Notes under the pieces: model-generated
Told to the model about the DNA's origin: nothing
Databases searched by the model: none
What the model saw: the letters and a program-made list of their open reading frames with translations, nothing else
Part shown: in pieces, positions 35,471 to 49,299 of the stretch
Layout: each line of letters starts with the position of its first letter
Position numbering within the stretch: position 1 is the stretch's first letter
Program-made: the position numbers and the translations under genes
DNA from: Paragordius varius
Lineage: Eukaryota; Animalia; Nematomorpha
Assembly (NCBI GenBank): GCA_964247055.1
Contig: OZ176051.1
Coordinates: 11,470,001-11,534,000, forward strand
Length of the DNA stretch: 64,000 nucleotides
Direction: 5' to 3'

Positions 35471-36278
35471 TATATCAACAAATAAAGTCTTAATTTTTGG
35501 CACAGATGATTTTAATTCATTGAGTATTTTTTATGTTGCTAATATAAAGGGCTAAATTTATTTAAATTAGAGGATTATTTAAATCTATCCATTCTATTGA
35601 GCCAAAATTTGCAAATATTAAGTCATATTAATTATATTATATATTTATAATTTATCACCTATTATGCAAATATTGATTTTTTCCGATTATAACCATATAT
35701 GGTAAAAGGAATTTTCTTCTATATTTTCAATTTTTTAATCCTTGTATTTTTGATCAGATCTCACACCGGTCATATTGAGCTAGGTGTGATATCCTGAGGA
35801 AACTTTACCCCCAATTTCGCACAATGTGTATTATCTGCATAATCTAAAAGTAAAAAAGATTTTTAATAATTCACGCAATCAAATATTATATAAGTAGAAA
35901 CGGATTTTATAACTCTTTTTTACTTTTTCCATATTTTAAAACCAGTTAATTATTTAATTATACTAAGAGCGTTTTAAATAAAGCCCAACATTAATTGTAA
36001 TTTAATAAGGCAGAATTTGAATCTATTTATTTTTTCGCAAAAACCATTTTTGTCGGCTATGATTACGCTATATAAATTGATTCAGTGGAGTGTTTTTGAT
36101 TTTCCATTTCATATGATCATATAATAACCATTTAAAAAGGACTAAAATCATTCCCAATTTATTATTCAGCCCTACCCTCCTATGTGTAATTCTCAACATA
36201 CAAATGCTAATTTGGTCTCAATATAAACAGCACCGCCGGTCGCATTTTAAATTCAAAAAAGACTTCAATGCACTAGTT

Positions 36279-36489
36279 CAGGGCTTCTTAAACTAGGGGT
36301 CGCGACCTCATTTGGGGTCGCATAGTTAAATTATGGGGTCGCTACTGATAAAATACAATTTGACAAAAAATGTTTTTTTAACATATAAAATTATTGTTAT
36401 AAAGAAAATATCAATCATTGTAGATAAATATATCATAAAATTTCTGATTCGGAAAGACTTATATACCTGAATTTCTATTCCGATTACAA
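36279..36489 (+). mobile_element. hAT family B left end (one-ended)
   Basis: CAGGGCTTCTTAAACT plus GGGGTCGCGACC subterminal motifs; homologous to 56250; interrupted by a Helitron at 36490. Confidence 0.75.
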
Positions 36490-37890
36490 TCTATATATTT
36501 ATAAAATAAAAAATGCTGGCTTTGTCGGTTTCCGAAAACCGGTAGACCCATTCAAATCCAAATGTCAAAAAATATAATTAATAATGAATGCCTCGACAAT
36601 AGTTTCGCCCCTTTTTTGAATTAGGCTCCCAGTTTGATCCCACCCCGTGTAAAAAACGGTTTTTTTTGAAAACGTCCACAAAAATCGTGTCTTTAAGAAT
36701 TTTCCGGAAAACATGTTGAACCATTCGATTTCAAATATTTTTTTTACTTATTTCGATTGCGCCGAACAGAGTCGGCTCGCTTTTTTAATTTAGGCCCTCG
36801 TTTTACTCGCTCCCCCCGTAAAATGCCACTTTTTTCAAAAAAATTAAGTCCACAAAAATAGTTTTTTGAATCTATTTTTCGCTTAAAGTATGAGACCATA
36901 AAAATTCAATAAGAACTCCAGATATTCCCTGTTAAAAGGCAAAATAATTCGTGCGTTTCTTTTATGGTAGCTGCTTAGTAGGGAGATACCCGCTAAAAAC
37001 TAACCTGTCATATCGAATTGGGGCTAAATTTCAAAAAACCTCTCAGGCCATATGAGTTCAATAACTGCTTAAAATATTACCCGTAACAAGGCATATATTT
37101 TGATCGTGCGGTTTTTTAAAATTAGCCGTTAATTAGGTCCTTCACGTCCTGAAAAATGCGCCACCATAGAATAATTTTTTAATTGAGGCAATTTTTTCAA
37201 AAACTAATCATGCATATGGAATCAATCATGAATCCAGGTATTCTCCATAAAAAAGCAAAATTTTAATCAACCGCTTTTTTTGTATCAGCCTCTGGGTAGG
37301 GAGCTAAACGCCTAAAACTGCGCCACCATATCGATATTGCGTTGATTACGAGTTATTTTTCAGAATATCAGGCCACATAAGTTTCATAAAGACCTGAAAT
37401 ATTATCCGTAAAAAGGCGAAAATTTAAGTCGAGCGGTTTTTTTGAATTAGCCGTTGATTAGGCTTGCGCCTTAAAAAATGCGCTATCATTGAACTATTAT
37501 TTAGTTTTGAAGCCATTCTTCCATAAACTATAAAGAACATATTAAATGAATGATGATTCCAGGTATTCCCATAAATTTTTTTATCTAACTACATTTTTAT
37601 ATTGGCCTCTAGGTTGGGGGCTACCCGCCTACAACTGCGCCACCATATCGATACAGCGTGACTTTGGGGACAAATTTTAAAAAACATATCAGACCATATG
37701 AGTTCAATAAGGGCTTGAAATATTACCCGTAAAAGGCAAAATTTAAGTCGAGCGGTTTTATTAAATTACCCCTAGGCCCTTGCCCTGAAATATGCGCCAC
37801 CATAGAATGACTTTTTGGTTTTTAGGCAATTTTTCGAAAATCCCGAGAGAGCATATGGAATTGTTCATGATTCTAGGTATTACACTAAAT
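36490..37890 (+). mobile_element. Helitron family C, copy 4 (5' end intact, 3'-truncated)
   Basis: A|TCTATATATTTATAAAAT at 36489/36490; colinear with the other copies. Confidence 0.85.
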
Positions 37891-37919
37891 ATGGCCAAAA
37901 TTTGAATCACAGTCATAAA

Positions 37920-38603
37920 TAGGGTTGTATTGACCTGGTCATGACCCGGTCAGTGACTATTTTTTTTGACCATGGTCATTTAAAAGAAACAGCTGTTTTT
38001 TGAAAAATTGCTGGTAAACTTTTTTTGGAAGAGAAATAGTAAGATTTCAGTGTTTTTTAATAAGTTTTTTAAAATATAAATTAAATATTTAAATATGCTT
38101 ATTTAACAATATAAAATTGTTAAACACGCATCGTTATAACATTAGCATTTAAGCATATCCAGTTACTTCAACTAACAAAACAATCAAGCACTTTGCAAAA
38201 CATGCAATTATTCCATCACCAATAAAATAAGAAAACATCTTATATTTGGATATTAATTCATTGATGAAAGAAAGTGTAATTAGGTAAAATTTAATTTGAA
38301 ATATCCAGTATTAAAAGCTATGTATTTGAAGATTAAGAAGGCCACAAACACGTGGCAAAATGTGAAAACAAAATTCTTGGTTTGATTCATGATATTTGTA
38401 TATAATAAATATCAAAAAATGTATAATAAACTTTCAAGAAAAAACATGATATTATTGTGAAACGCTAGTGTCGTACAAACATTATTTTCAAAATCCAATA
38501 TGTGATATTTACTTAAGTAAAAAGTGGCCCTGACCGTGGTCATGAGCATAGTCTGTGGGTGTGACCGGACTTTTTTGAAAAAGCAGTCAAATGCACAACC
38601 CTA
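37920..38603 (+). mobile_element. hAT-type MITE family D, copy 1
   Basis: Termini TAGGGTTGT...ACAACCCTA with GGTCATGACC subterminal repeats. Reverse complement of 58690-59406. No TSD at this copy. Confidence 0.8.
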
Positions 38604-38724
38604 TTTAAACAAGGTTTTTCTATTGAATATAAAAAGGAGGTTGATACTCAAGCGTAACATTATTGCACACGCGTATTAAATAAACGATTGTAAAATCCCT
38701 ACGAAAGCATATATATATATATAT

Positions 38725-40740
38725 ACTGTGAGCAAAAAAAATTTGACAAAATATTTTTTTTTCATGAGATAGCTTATGACCAGCGTATTCATTCGCCGCA
38801 AGAATTTTTATTTGTTGACAACCTAGTTTTTGAAATATTGAGATCGAAATCGGGCAAAAAGTAAAAACTAAGGATTATTAAGGATATCAAAAAATAATGA
38901 TAAAATTTGAGATATTATGGTATATTATTTTTTTGGGATATATTTTTAATATATAAATAGCCTAAAATCATATATTTAGGGTTTCTAAAAATTTCAGCTC
39001 AAAAGCTGGCGTTTTTCTTTTAAGACACTTAAATAATAAAAAAATTTTAAAACTATATTAAAATAATTTTTTTAATTATTTATTACCTAACACTATTAGA
39101 ATCTTAAAATTCATATTTTATTTAGTAAAAAAAACTTATGTATTAAAATTGAACCAAAAATATTGTTTTTTATTCCCGCATTTTTTTGTCATCTGGTTAT
39201 GACTCTATAAAAAGTTTATACTGTTTTATTTTTAAATCTTACAAAAGTGGGAATTATTTAGTATATAATTCATGCAAAATAGGATTTAAAAGTAGTGGAA
39301 TATCAACTAACACTCCGTACAAATCCCAATAAAAATATTAATTTGTCTTAAAACAGACTTGTTACAGGTATTTGTAAAGATTGTTGGTTGATATTCCATT
39401 ACTTTTATATCCTATTTTCCATAAATTATATACTTTATAACTCCCACTCATGTAAGATTCCAAAAACAGTATAAACTTTTTATACTCTCATAAACCAGAT
39501 GACAAAAAATGCGAAAATAAAAAACAATATTTTTGGTTTAATTTTAAATAAGTTTTTTTACTGTATAAAATATATATGAGGATTTTAACAGAGTTTGGGT
39601 AGAAATAATTAAAAAAATTATTTTAATATAATTTCATTAAAAATTTTTGCATTTTAAGTGTCTAAAACGTCATTTTTTGAGCTGAAGTTTTATAGAAACC
39701 CTAACTATATGATTTTACGCTATTTATATATTGAAAATATATCCTAAAATGATAATAAACCATAATATCTCAAATTTTATCATTTTTTGAATTATACTTT
39801 ATCCTTAATTTTCACTTTTTGCCCGATTTCAATTTTCTCTCAATATTCAAAAACTAGGTTGTCAAAAAATAAAAACGCGGTAAATGAATACGCTGGTCAT
39901 AAGCTATCTCATTAAAAAAAATTTTTGTTAAATTTTTTTTTCATGAAATAGCTTCAATTTATGCTTGTTTACCACCTAGTTTTTGAAATATTGATAGAAA
40001 TTGGGCAAAAAACTAAGGATATTAGGGATAATTGGAAAAATGATTGTCCATATTAACACTTTATTAACAGCCTAAAATCATATATTAAGGTTTAAAAAAA
40101 CAAAAAATCGTGTTTTTTTAAACATACTTATTACAAATTTTTTTAAGAAATATATTAAAATATTTTTTTAACTATTTACTACTAAACTGATTATTATAAT
40201 CTTAACATATATATACAGTAAAAAAACTTATAATGAGAAATTTGCTGTTTTATTTTAGAATCTTACATGTTCGGAAATCACAAAATATAATACAAAATAG
40301 GATTTAAAAGTAGTGGAGTAGCAACCAAAACTTAGAAATCCCAGATAAATTTGTGTTAAATCAAACCTACAGGGATATTTACGGATTCTTAGTTGATATT
40401 TCTCTGTTTTTCATATATTTGTATTTACGATTCCCGTTCATGTACCAACAGTAAATTTTTTATGCATTCATAAACCAGAATGAAAAAATAAAAACAATAT
40501 TTTTTTAGTTTTATTTTGACACATAAGTTATTTTAATGTTAATATGAATGTAAGATTTAATTATTAATTTGACTGGTAAAAATCACAAAAATTATTTTTA
40601 TATACTTTCATAAGAAATTTTTGTGTATTAAGTATATTTAGAAAACACACAATTTTTTGACCTCAGTTTTTTTATAAAAACCTTAATTATATGATTTTAG
40701 GCAATTATAAATTGTAGATATCTGATAAAATGATAATTTA
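38725..40740. mobile_element. Two tandem foldback (long inverted repeat) units, family E
   Basis: Arm 38725-39330 is mirrored by 39365-39935. A second, more decayed palindrome spans 39935-40740, centred near 40355. Confidence 0.8.
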
Positions 40741-41649
40741 GATTCATATTGCATTCATATAGTATTGAGCATGGAATACTTATATTGTGATCATATTCAA
40801 CAAAAGTAAAAGTCAAAATCTTTGATAACTTGATATTGAAATTGATTTATAAAAATTGGACAAATGTATTTGTCAAGTTGTTTTTAATTAAATTTCTTTG
40901 AAAATATAACACGGCGTATAGAGCATATTTTACCAACTATACAAAAACGCAATTACATTTGTGTCACGATACCGCTATCTATATCCAATGTGTCAAGGAT
41001 AGGTTTCTCTCGTTTTGAAATTTCTTAGGCATACTCAGTACACTACGTTTTTGGATATTTTATTAAAACGTTCATATTTAAAAATACTGAACGTTTATAG
41101 TCTTTTAAAGATAAAATTTATTTAATTTATATTGCAGGACTTAGCATCAAAATAATATCGTTTCTTATTGATCAAAAGATGTTTGTTATCCAATTTCTTA
41201 ACAAAATAACACTAATTCAAATGCGTAATGAAATACATTGATAATATTATATTTATTTTCATGCTCCTCGTGTTTAAATAATAAGTAAATAGAATTTTAA
41301 AGCCTATTAATACATTTTAAAAATATTACAGGGTCCCTGAACGTCTGAAAAAGGCAGAATAAAATTATTAACGAACACAGGACGGAAGCTTTTAATGCTA
41401 TTTCATATAATGACTGCAAAAATGCAATATCAGAATATATATTTATTCATGGAGGTTATATGGGGAATATGGTTATTTGATTAATACTGAATTATATCCA
41501 CTATTTTACTATACTTTATAAATAATTATAAGAAATATTAATCTAAAAAATAATAATATTTTGCAATTTATTGTTAAAAATATTTTAAATATAAAATTAA
41601 CTATTTATATAATATTGTGAGACCATTTATTGGTTAAGGGTATTTTAAT

Positions 41650-41930
41650 GGAACCACAATATATACCATTATCAGTTAAATTCACCCTAAAATAAATTAT
41701 GTGTTTTTTAAGATCAAAAATTAGCTCTATTCCATATTATTTTCAAAATATGAAATTCTGTTTACAATAATATAATGCTGGAAAAATAATAAACTATGTC
41801 GTAAAAATATATTTCATATTAATGATAAGTTTATATTATCCCGAAAACACATAATTAATGTTTAGGGTGATTTTTTGTTCGAGGGTGAATTTAAATTGTT
41901 CAATAGTGAATTTGAATTGTAAATGGTAAA
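41650..41930. repeat. Inverted repeat, MITE-like
   Basis: tcaccctaaaataaattatgtgtttt (about 41681) versus aaaacacataattaatgtttagggtga (about 41845). Confidence 0.5.
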
Positions 41931-42774
41931 TATGGCTTTTTACAGTAATATTAAAATAAATAATCAGAATAATTTTTATTATATTGTCATTAGAATTATA
42001 TTGTATATATTATTGATATAAATATTAATGATTTTAAGAGGTGCACGGATAGTATATTGATTGCACTATGAGAATTGGATGATGAAGTTGAGGATCTTTT
42101 AACATTTTCTAGAAAAACAATAAAATAAATATTATAACAAATGAATGATTCAATAAGATAAAAACCAATTTTTTCCCTAATATAAAAACAATAAAACGGT
42201 TAGCTAATTAAGTTAAATTTGTTAATAAAGTATAAAAAAGTTAAAAAATAGCGAACATACCTTCAAACTAAAAGTGGTATAAGTAAAGTCTTTGAAAATA
42301 TAATAAATGAATAACATACGGTAGTTTGATTATATTAATTGTTTAAGTATTTTTACTTCTAAAAATAAATTTATTTAACTATATACGCTGTCAATGCATT
42401 TCCGTAATGCCTTATTTTCCTGGTAATTCGAATAAATAAAAAAATGATTTTATGAAAATACATATGGACAAATGTTTAAGCTCCAAAATTTTATCAAACG
42501 AACCTTATAATGAAGGGTATATAGTTTTACTTAGATTAGAATTTTCTGATATTACTCTCCAATATATACATACAGAATCCTCCATAAAAAGTATAGTAAT
42601 TTAAATTTCAAGCTTAAATAAAAAAAAGTAGTGTATGGAAATTAAATTGTAATAAAAATTTGGGTAATAAGTAAAATATGAGCCAAATTAAATTTAGCAG
42701 ATATATAAATATTATTCCAAACAACATTGCATCAAATAACGCAATAGAGCTGATTTGGATTGATAATACATATA

Positions 42775-42890
42775 ATTATGTGTAAGTACACATTGCTACT
42801 TTTTAATTAATTGCCAGATATTCAGCAAAGGAAATTATAGTATCTGGCATATTTAATAAAAAAACTAGCAATGTATACTTTTTTCACCGT
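42775..42890. mobile_element. Hairpin MITE family H, internally deleted copy
   Basis: gtaagtacacattgcta...ttgccagata / tatctggca...tagcaatgtatactt. Confidence 0.55.
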
Positions 42891-44016
42891 ATAGAGATGA
42901 TATTTTTAAAGCGATGGCTTTTCTTTTCGTTACCTATCTCACATATACTTAATTTAAAAAAAATAAACTATAATTTAGAATGGACGAAAGCGGGTTGATT
43001 CAAAACAATGTTAACTAAAATTTGTCATACGAGCCCCAAAACTCAATATTATATCTAAGACATTTTTTTGAATAAATAACATAAACATAACCTTTTGTTC
43101 GGAGTGATTTTAAATGCAGATATTTTGGCAACAGTAGTTCTGGTGTATCTACATGTTATAAATACCGGATTTAATAAATTAATGTATAATCTAGTCTACA
43201 AAAATAAGCAGGAGAATTTTTAAGTTTATGACTACTAATTATCTACTACCAGAAAAGTGTAAATATAATGCCAAAAATATGTAACTTTAAAATATATTAT
43301 AAACAATTTTATTAATTATTAGTTATTATAAAAAAGATCATTTGGATATACTTAATTTTATAGAAAATATATCTAAAATAAGATTGAATAGTAGGTAGGC
43401 CAGACTTTTACGCTTGTGTGAAGCATTGTGTTAAAAACCCGAAACTACCAATTTTATATCATTACTATCAACCTTGATGGGTGAGTGTACCGATACAATT
43501 CTAACCGTATTTTATTTTTATGTTTTATTAATAAAATAAATAACGATTCTGTATTAATTAATAAAATACCTGGAAATATGAAAAAATCCAGATATTGTAA
43601 ATATTAAATTAATTTTGGCATATGATATTTTATATTATTTTAAGTGGAAAGCATTTGTATATTTAGCTTATATTAATTTATAACAGTTAGATTGTATCTA
43701 AAAACCCAAAATCATTTATTAGTAAAAAATCTTTACAGCGAAAAAATTTGCGATACATGCTTCTTAGAGATATAAGCCCTCTCGTAAAAATTAATTTTCT
43801 TATATGTATTCATTTTCATTTTTGCAAATTGTGTTATACATCGTGTCCTATATTTATTTTCTCTCAAATCTATAAAAATATATATGATTTTTTAGTATTC
43901 GAAGTCAAATTGCAAATTATTATACTAAAGTTAATCCAACCAAATGATATTTTATGTTTTTTGAAAAGGGAAAAAAGATTAAAAATTTGTCATAGATGGT
44001 TTAAACTTGTAAGGAC

Positions 44017-44293
44017 CTTTAACTTGTGTCGTTATGGTTAGATTAAAAAGTATGGCTAATTTTTCATTGTTGTAAGGTGCTTGAGAAATATCGTAATCTA
44101 GGGATTGACACTCATAAATCCCCTCATCTGCTTTCCTTGTATAAGCTATCCTAAGGATAGAATTAACTGATGACCCTTGGTTTTGAGATCTCTTTTTATT
44201 ATTCAATACTAAGATGGAGAGTCTAGGATTTTCTACAATTTTTTCACTTCCAATGGCTAGGATATGGTTATCATTTAATTTCATCCAAGATAT
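44017..44293 (-). CDS. Ig-domain exon of a Dpr/zig-8-like cell-surface protein
   Basis: ttttag| ISWMKLNDNHILAIG...NPRLSI...SILRIAYTRKADEGIYECQS, with the C-strand Trp and the D-x-G-x-Y-x-C motif. The 3' splice site is uncertain. Confidence 0.8.
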
Positions 44294-44509
44294 CTAAAAT
44301 ATTAAGTGGTGTGCATATATAAAAGCGTATGAAAAGTCTTTTTTACAGTTTTAAGTTTTAATTAAAAGGCTGGATATATTTTTAAAGCTGTTTTTAAAAA
44401 TTATTTCGAGATATCCTTTGCAAAAAAATTTAATAACATAACTGGTGCGTTATTCAAATTTTTTAACAGCATTTGATACTTAAAAATTCTAATTAATTTT
44501 AATTTCTCA

Positions 44510-45660
44510 AACACTAGGTGTAGTCACACAACATATTCCAGGTTAGCATATCAGTCGCAAACGACAAATTTGATACAGACTATTTCTTTAATCTGCCATT
44601 AAACAAAAAACAACACCTTACAAGTCTAGTCCGCTAAAAGGTAGCGTTCTGTTTTTACCATTCAGCAATTATGTTGAATTTTTTCCATGAAAGAGAACCT
44701 TTGCGGTTCCATCAGAAGAAAAAGCCGTTTAGAATTATCGTTTGCTGCAAAAATATGACCATGATCCATCAATGTGAAATGGTTTCGCATTTAAAGCAAT
44801 GATTTCAATATGAATGAGAGTGGTTCTTTGAAAGCCTACATAACTGCGAAGACAATCATACAAGAGTTACAGTAGATATCAATTATCAGTAGATATCAAT
44901 TAATAATCGGCCAGACGTGCATATAAAAAAATCAGTAGACGTCTCGAACAATGTTAATCAATAAACTCGCTAAACAGGCCTCTCACAATTTGAATTTATA
45001 TTAGATCGAACATAAAAGTGACTTGTGAAAATCCAAACGTCACCAAAAATGCGAATTGTGACGAATTGTGACTGGTTATGAAAGGTGAATTTATTTTGTA
45101 ATCCAAGGTGGTAAATATCTGTCTTTCACCCGCCAAGGTCCATCAACACCAAGGCTGAATAGCATCGACAAGAAGACCATCAGTGTACCGTGGAATCAGA
45201 GCGGTAGTGTAAATTATGTTTTGAAACCCGGTCAAACGGTTAATACACAAAGCTGCCAGCAATTAATTAATAAAACATACGATAGTGATTTCGCTAATGC
45301 TGCTAAAAACCAGCAAACGACACTTGGGTAGGAAATTTTTCCCACATCCGCCGTACTGTCCTGATCTACGTTCTCCGACTTCTACTTCTTTGCATCATAG
45401 CCACACTCGCAAACAGCACTTCAGTAATTTTGAAGACAAATGGCCTGACAAATGATTTGTCGCAACAGACAATCAGTTTTTATGGCATGGCTTTCATTTA
45501 CTTGATGGGGGAAATGCGGAGAGGGCGATACATAAATAATTAATTCCTTACAAAATTACGTGTTTTTACCAAAATATCTTTAAAAGTTTGAACCTCGTCA
45601 AGGGGCAAAAAGAATTTTTTTAATAATTCAGATAATAAAAACACGGGAATCGGTTGATCT
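44510..45660 (+). mobile_element. Mos1-like mariner remnant in the Ig-gene intron
   Basis: RIVTGYER (for RIVTGDEKW), WNQSGSVNYVLKPGQTVN and EIFPHPPYCPDL. Decayed ORF starts at about 44671. Confidence 0.85.
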
Positions 45661-46457
45661 GCCCGCATTGTAATTATACCTGTGACAAAAAATTCGATTG
45701 CAAAATTTAGAAAACTTATGTCGAATATTAACTTTTAATTTTTTATTTAAAAATGTTAATAATAATTTAGTCACATTATTTTGCGCACTTTCAATCATTT
45801 CTCTAAAAAAGTCAATTTTTATTAGGACATATCTCTATTAAAACAATATTATGCCTAATTATGCAAATAAAATTGTTGTATTTATTTACGATATGACAAA
45901 AAATTAGAGAAAATAGCAATCTAAATTAAAATTAGTGGACTATTTATCAGTATTAAAATTTCATTAATTTATACAATATATGACAATCGTTGTGGAGTAT
46001 ACACTGGAAGATAATTGTTTAACTATGTTGAGCTTATATAAGAAATATTTAATATATTCATTTTATAGAAATAAAATTTAGTATGAACATCAAATTTTGA
46101 AATAAAACAATACTCAGGAGACCTGTTATATATTTTATAATTTTAAGGTCCATAATTTATTGTTTTATATGTGTGGTATATGTGTGCTACTAAATATTTA
46201 AATATTTATGACAAAAGTTCAATGGCCAAAAACTGATTTTAGAGCAAAAATTAATTTCTAAAATCGATTAAATTTAGAAAAATTAAAAAATCACAAATCG
46301 ATTAACCAAGTTTTACGTTTCTTATGTTAACTGAACTCTGATTTTTGTGCTAAAATAAATGAACGACATACAATTTCGAACATCTATCAATAATTGATTT
46401 TTTGAAAAATAAAATAATTAAATATTGGGGATATTATTATAATTAATAAAAATTTAC

Positions 46458-46576
46458 CTCATCGATTGTCCGATTCGGAAATTGACAATTGAGATAAGTC
46501 GGCGCACCAATATGGGATATAATGTCATGTTTAGAAATCCAGCATTCAAACAAGTTTATCAAACAAATGTGAATGA
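46458..46576 (-). CDS. Upstream exon of the Dpr-like Ig protein
   Basis: aataatag| IHICLINLFECWISKHDIISHIGAPTYLNCQFPNRTIDE |gtaaat. Phase 0 joins ISW at 44293 and supplies the B-strand Cys. Confidence 0.75.
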
Positions 46577-49299
46577 CTATTATTAAAATGGATTAAAAAT
46601 ATTTCTAATAAATTATTTGAAACAGGCATAACTTAAATGATATTTTTTCACATATAAGGCATGAGGCTAGGAAGTTTTATTTCATAAAACTAACATCTAA
46701 CTATATTTTTATAAATGGGACAGAATAGGGGGTGCTCCCCATGACGGCTTAAAATCTAAGGCGCAAGATTGAGAAACGACCCTAATGTTAATAAACCGTA
46801 ATGTTTATGGTTATTTGATAATTGGTTTATTTAAAATTATTTAATTTAAAACTGAATGAACTAATCATTGTTAGTTTTTTCACACATATTGTATTTATAA
46901 TTTATTTACTGGTTCTTTCTAAATATTATATTATAAAAATTAAAATAGTGCCACGGAAAGCTAAAACTAATATTAAATTTTGCATTTTTATCTTTGTTTT
47001 TTGGAGGACGAGGAGGGGGCAAGATTCATTTTTCATAATTGGTGGCATCTAAACAAAAAAGGTTAAGAACCATTTAACACGTCATGAATTTTTTAAATTC
47101 TTTTTTAAGTTCCAAAGAAGCGAATAGAAGGGAGGGCTACAAGGGCTTGCAGATTGATGTTTTTACAATCGAGCTGAACTGATTGGAATAATAAATAAAT
47201 CTACGTGGATATAAAAATGAAATTAAATTTTTATTTCTTTTATCTTAAACCTATCCTTACTCTATCCTTCAATTAATTAAATCTAGGCTATAAAAATATC
47301 TAAACTTTAATAAAAATAATCGTGATTTATAGATATATTCCGTTTCTTAGGATATTGTGTTGTAATTTTTATTGATATAAAATTGATAAATCATAAAATA
47401 ATGGTTTGATGATAGCTCGTATAAACTATAGCATGTTGATGTTTAACCAATTTTTCCATTTTTTGGTTTTATAAACTAATAAATTTTATTTGGTTTTGTT
47501 TTTACATTAAAAAAGAAAATTAAATAGTTTAAAAATCTCATCCATCACATGATTATCTAACACAAAATATAAAAAGTAGTAAGTAGACTGACTAATTCTT
47601 AATTGGATATTTCACGTAAATGATTGTTTTGTCTCGCTTTTTCGCTTTTAGACAAAACAAATACAATGCATGAGCATAATTTAACTGTCCAAGACACAAA
47701 ATGAAAAAATAACCTGATTTATTGATCGTATTTATAGAGTAGAAAATAATATTTTGCAGAATTATTGGTAAAAAACTATTTATAAGTTTAGATTAGAGGT
47801 CGCATGCCGCACAAAATATCGGGCTGCATATTGGGTCTGCTTGAAAATCCATAAGATAAAAGATAAATGAGTTGGCTATGATTCAACGATTATGCTAATA
47901 TATAATAACATACAGATAATTATTAACTAATTTTGACAAATAAAAAAACAAAAGGTACAGCCTTTTCTATAATAAATATCTAAACAATCACTACATTTAG
48001 TTAATTATCCTTAAAATCATATATAACTCCAATTGAATATCAATTATTTCGGAAATAAGAATTCGTTAACATTCAATCAATATTTGAGGCTAAATAAAAA
48101 CGTTAATATGAAAAGTTACGATTCAGGTCCTGCGTTAATGAAATTACGTAGAACGATTGATAAAAAGTGCGATGTCTAAAAAGTGATCTGTTTAATGTTA
48201 AAATAATTTCATTTTTGAATAGTAAAAATATAAATGTTACAAGAGATTTCGTATTTGGTGTATATAAGTATTACTACTTAAAATCCGGCTCAATATTTAT
48301 CCATATACATAATATATCGCTGACTAATAAATATTATTTCAAAATTCGTAACTATTAGCATACCTAAAGCGGTTTTGAATATCATTATGTGGGTAGAGTT
48401 ACCGATGATATAGTGTGTAATTAAAATATTCCAACATGATATTTTCTATCATCATATTTAATATATTATAAGGAATTCATCTCCAAAAATAATCCTTTTA
48501 AGTCCATTAGCATGCAGATCATATATGTAATAATCAAATTAATTATTTTTTTCATGATTATATGATAATATCAATCGAAAATTTCACATTTGAGATAGGA
48601 AATCAATTTTAACGAATTACCAAAAATAAGCATAACTAAGGATCATATATCAGATTATAAATCAATATTATTAGTAGAAAAAATAAAAATTATATATTTA
48701 CACATACATAAATATATATACACAAATGTCAATAGTGATGAAAAATTATTATAATCTTAATAATAATAAAAAAATATAGGAAAGAAAAAATAAAAAAGAA
48801 AATAAAAAGAATAGGATATTTTATAATTGTCGTAAATTGATTGGTGGACATACATATATATACATGATCAGTTTATCACACTATTGGGAATTCTATGATT
48901 GGTATGTATTACCAAAAAATATTATTGAATTTTTATCCTATTAGATGATAATTGATGAATAAGCTTTATTTTTTAAATTTTTTTATTTGAACTTTGGGTA
49001 ATGTCATAGAAATCGGATCTGTTATAATGAGCGAGCTTATAGATTTAAAACATATCATATCATTTTTTAAAAACCTATTTTTGCTGTTTTAGTAGAGAGA
49101 ATTAACAAATTTTATAATATTTTATATAATAAATCTCTGATTTATTTTGGGTTATAATAATTATTAAATCATTAAAATATCGTTTTTTGGCGATCAATAC
49201 AAGATTTAGCGAAATTTGTTCCAATAGGCTGTAAACCAAGCTAATTAAATCTAAAGCACTTTATATAATTTAAAGAAAAGTATTTAAAAGGGTGAAAAA

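Noticed and set aside
38725-38735. ACTGTG terminus suggesting a Transib/RAG-signal-like element
   Set aside because: The terminal C of CAC is absent in both available termini, and there is no 5-bp TSD or transposase. Left unclassified.
41365-41470. Exon-like frame NKIINEHRTEAFNAISYNDCKNAISEYIFIHGG; similar fragments at about 42260-42330, 48110-48450 and 51011-51202
   Set aside because: Splice signals are plausible, but I recognise no homology and cannot build a consistent multi-exon frame.
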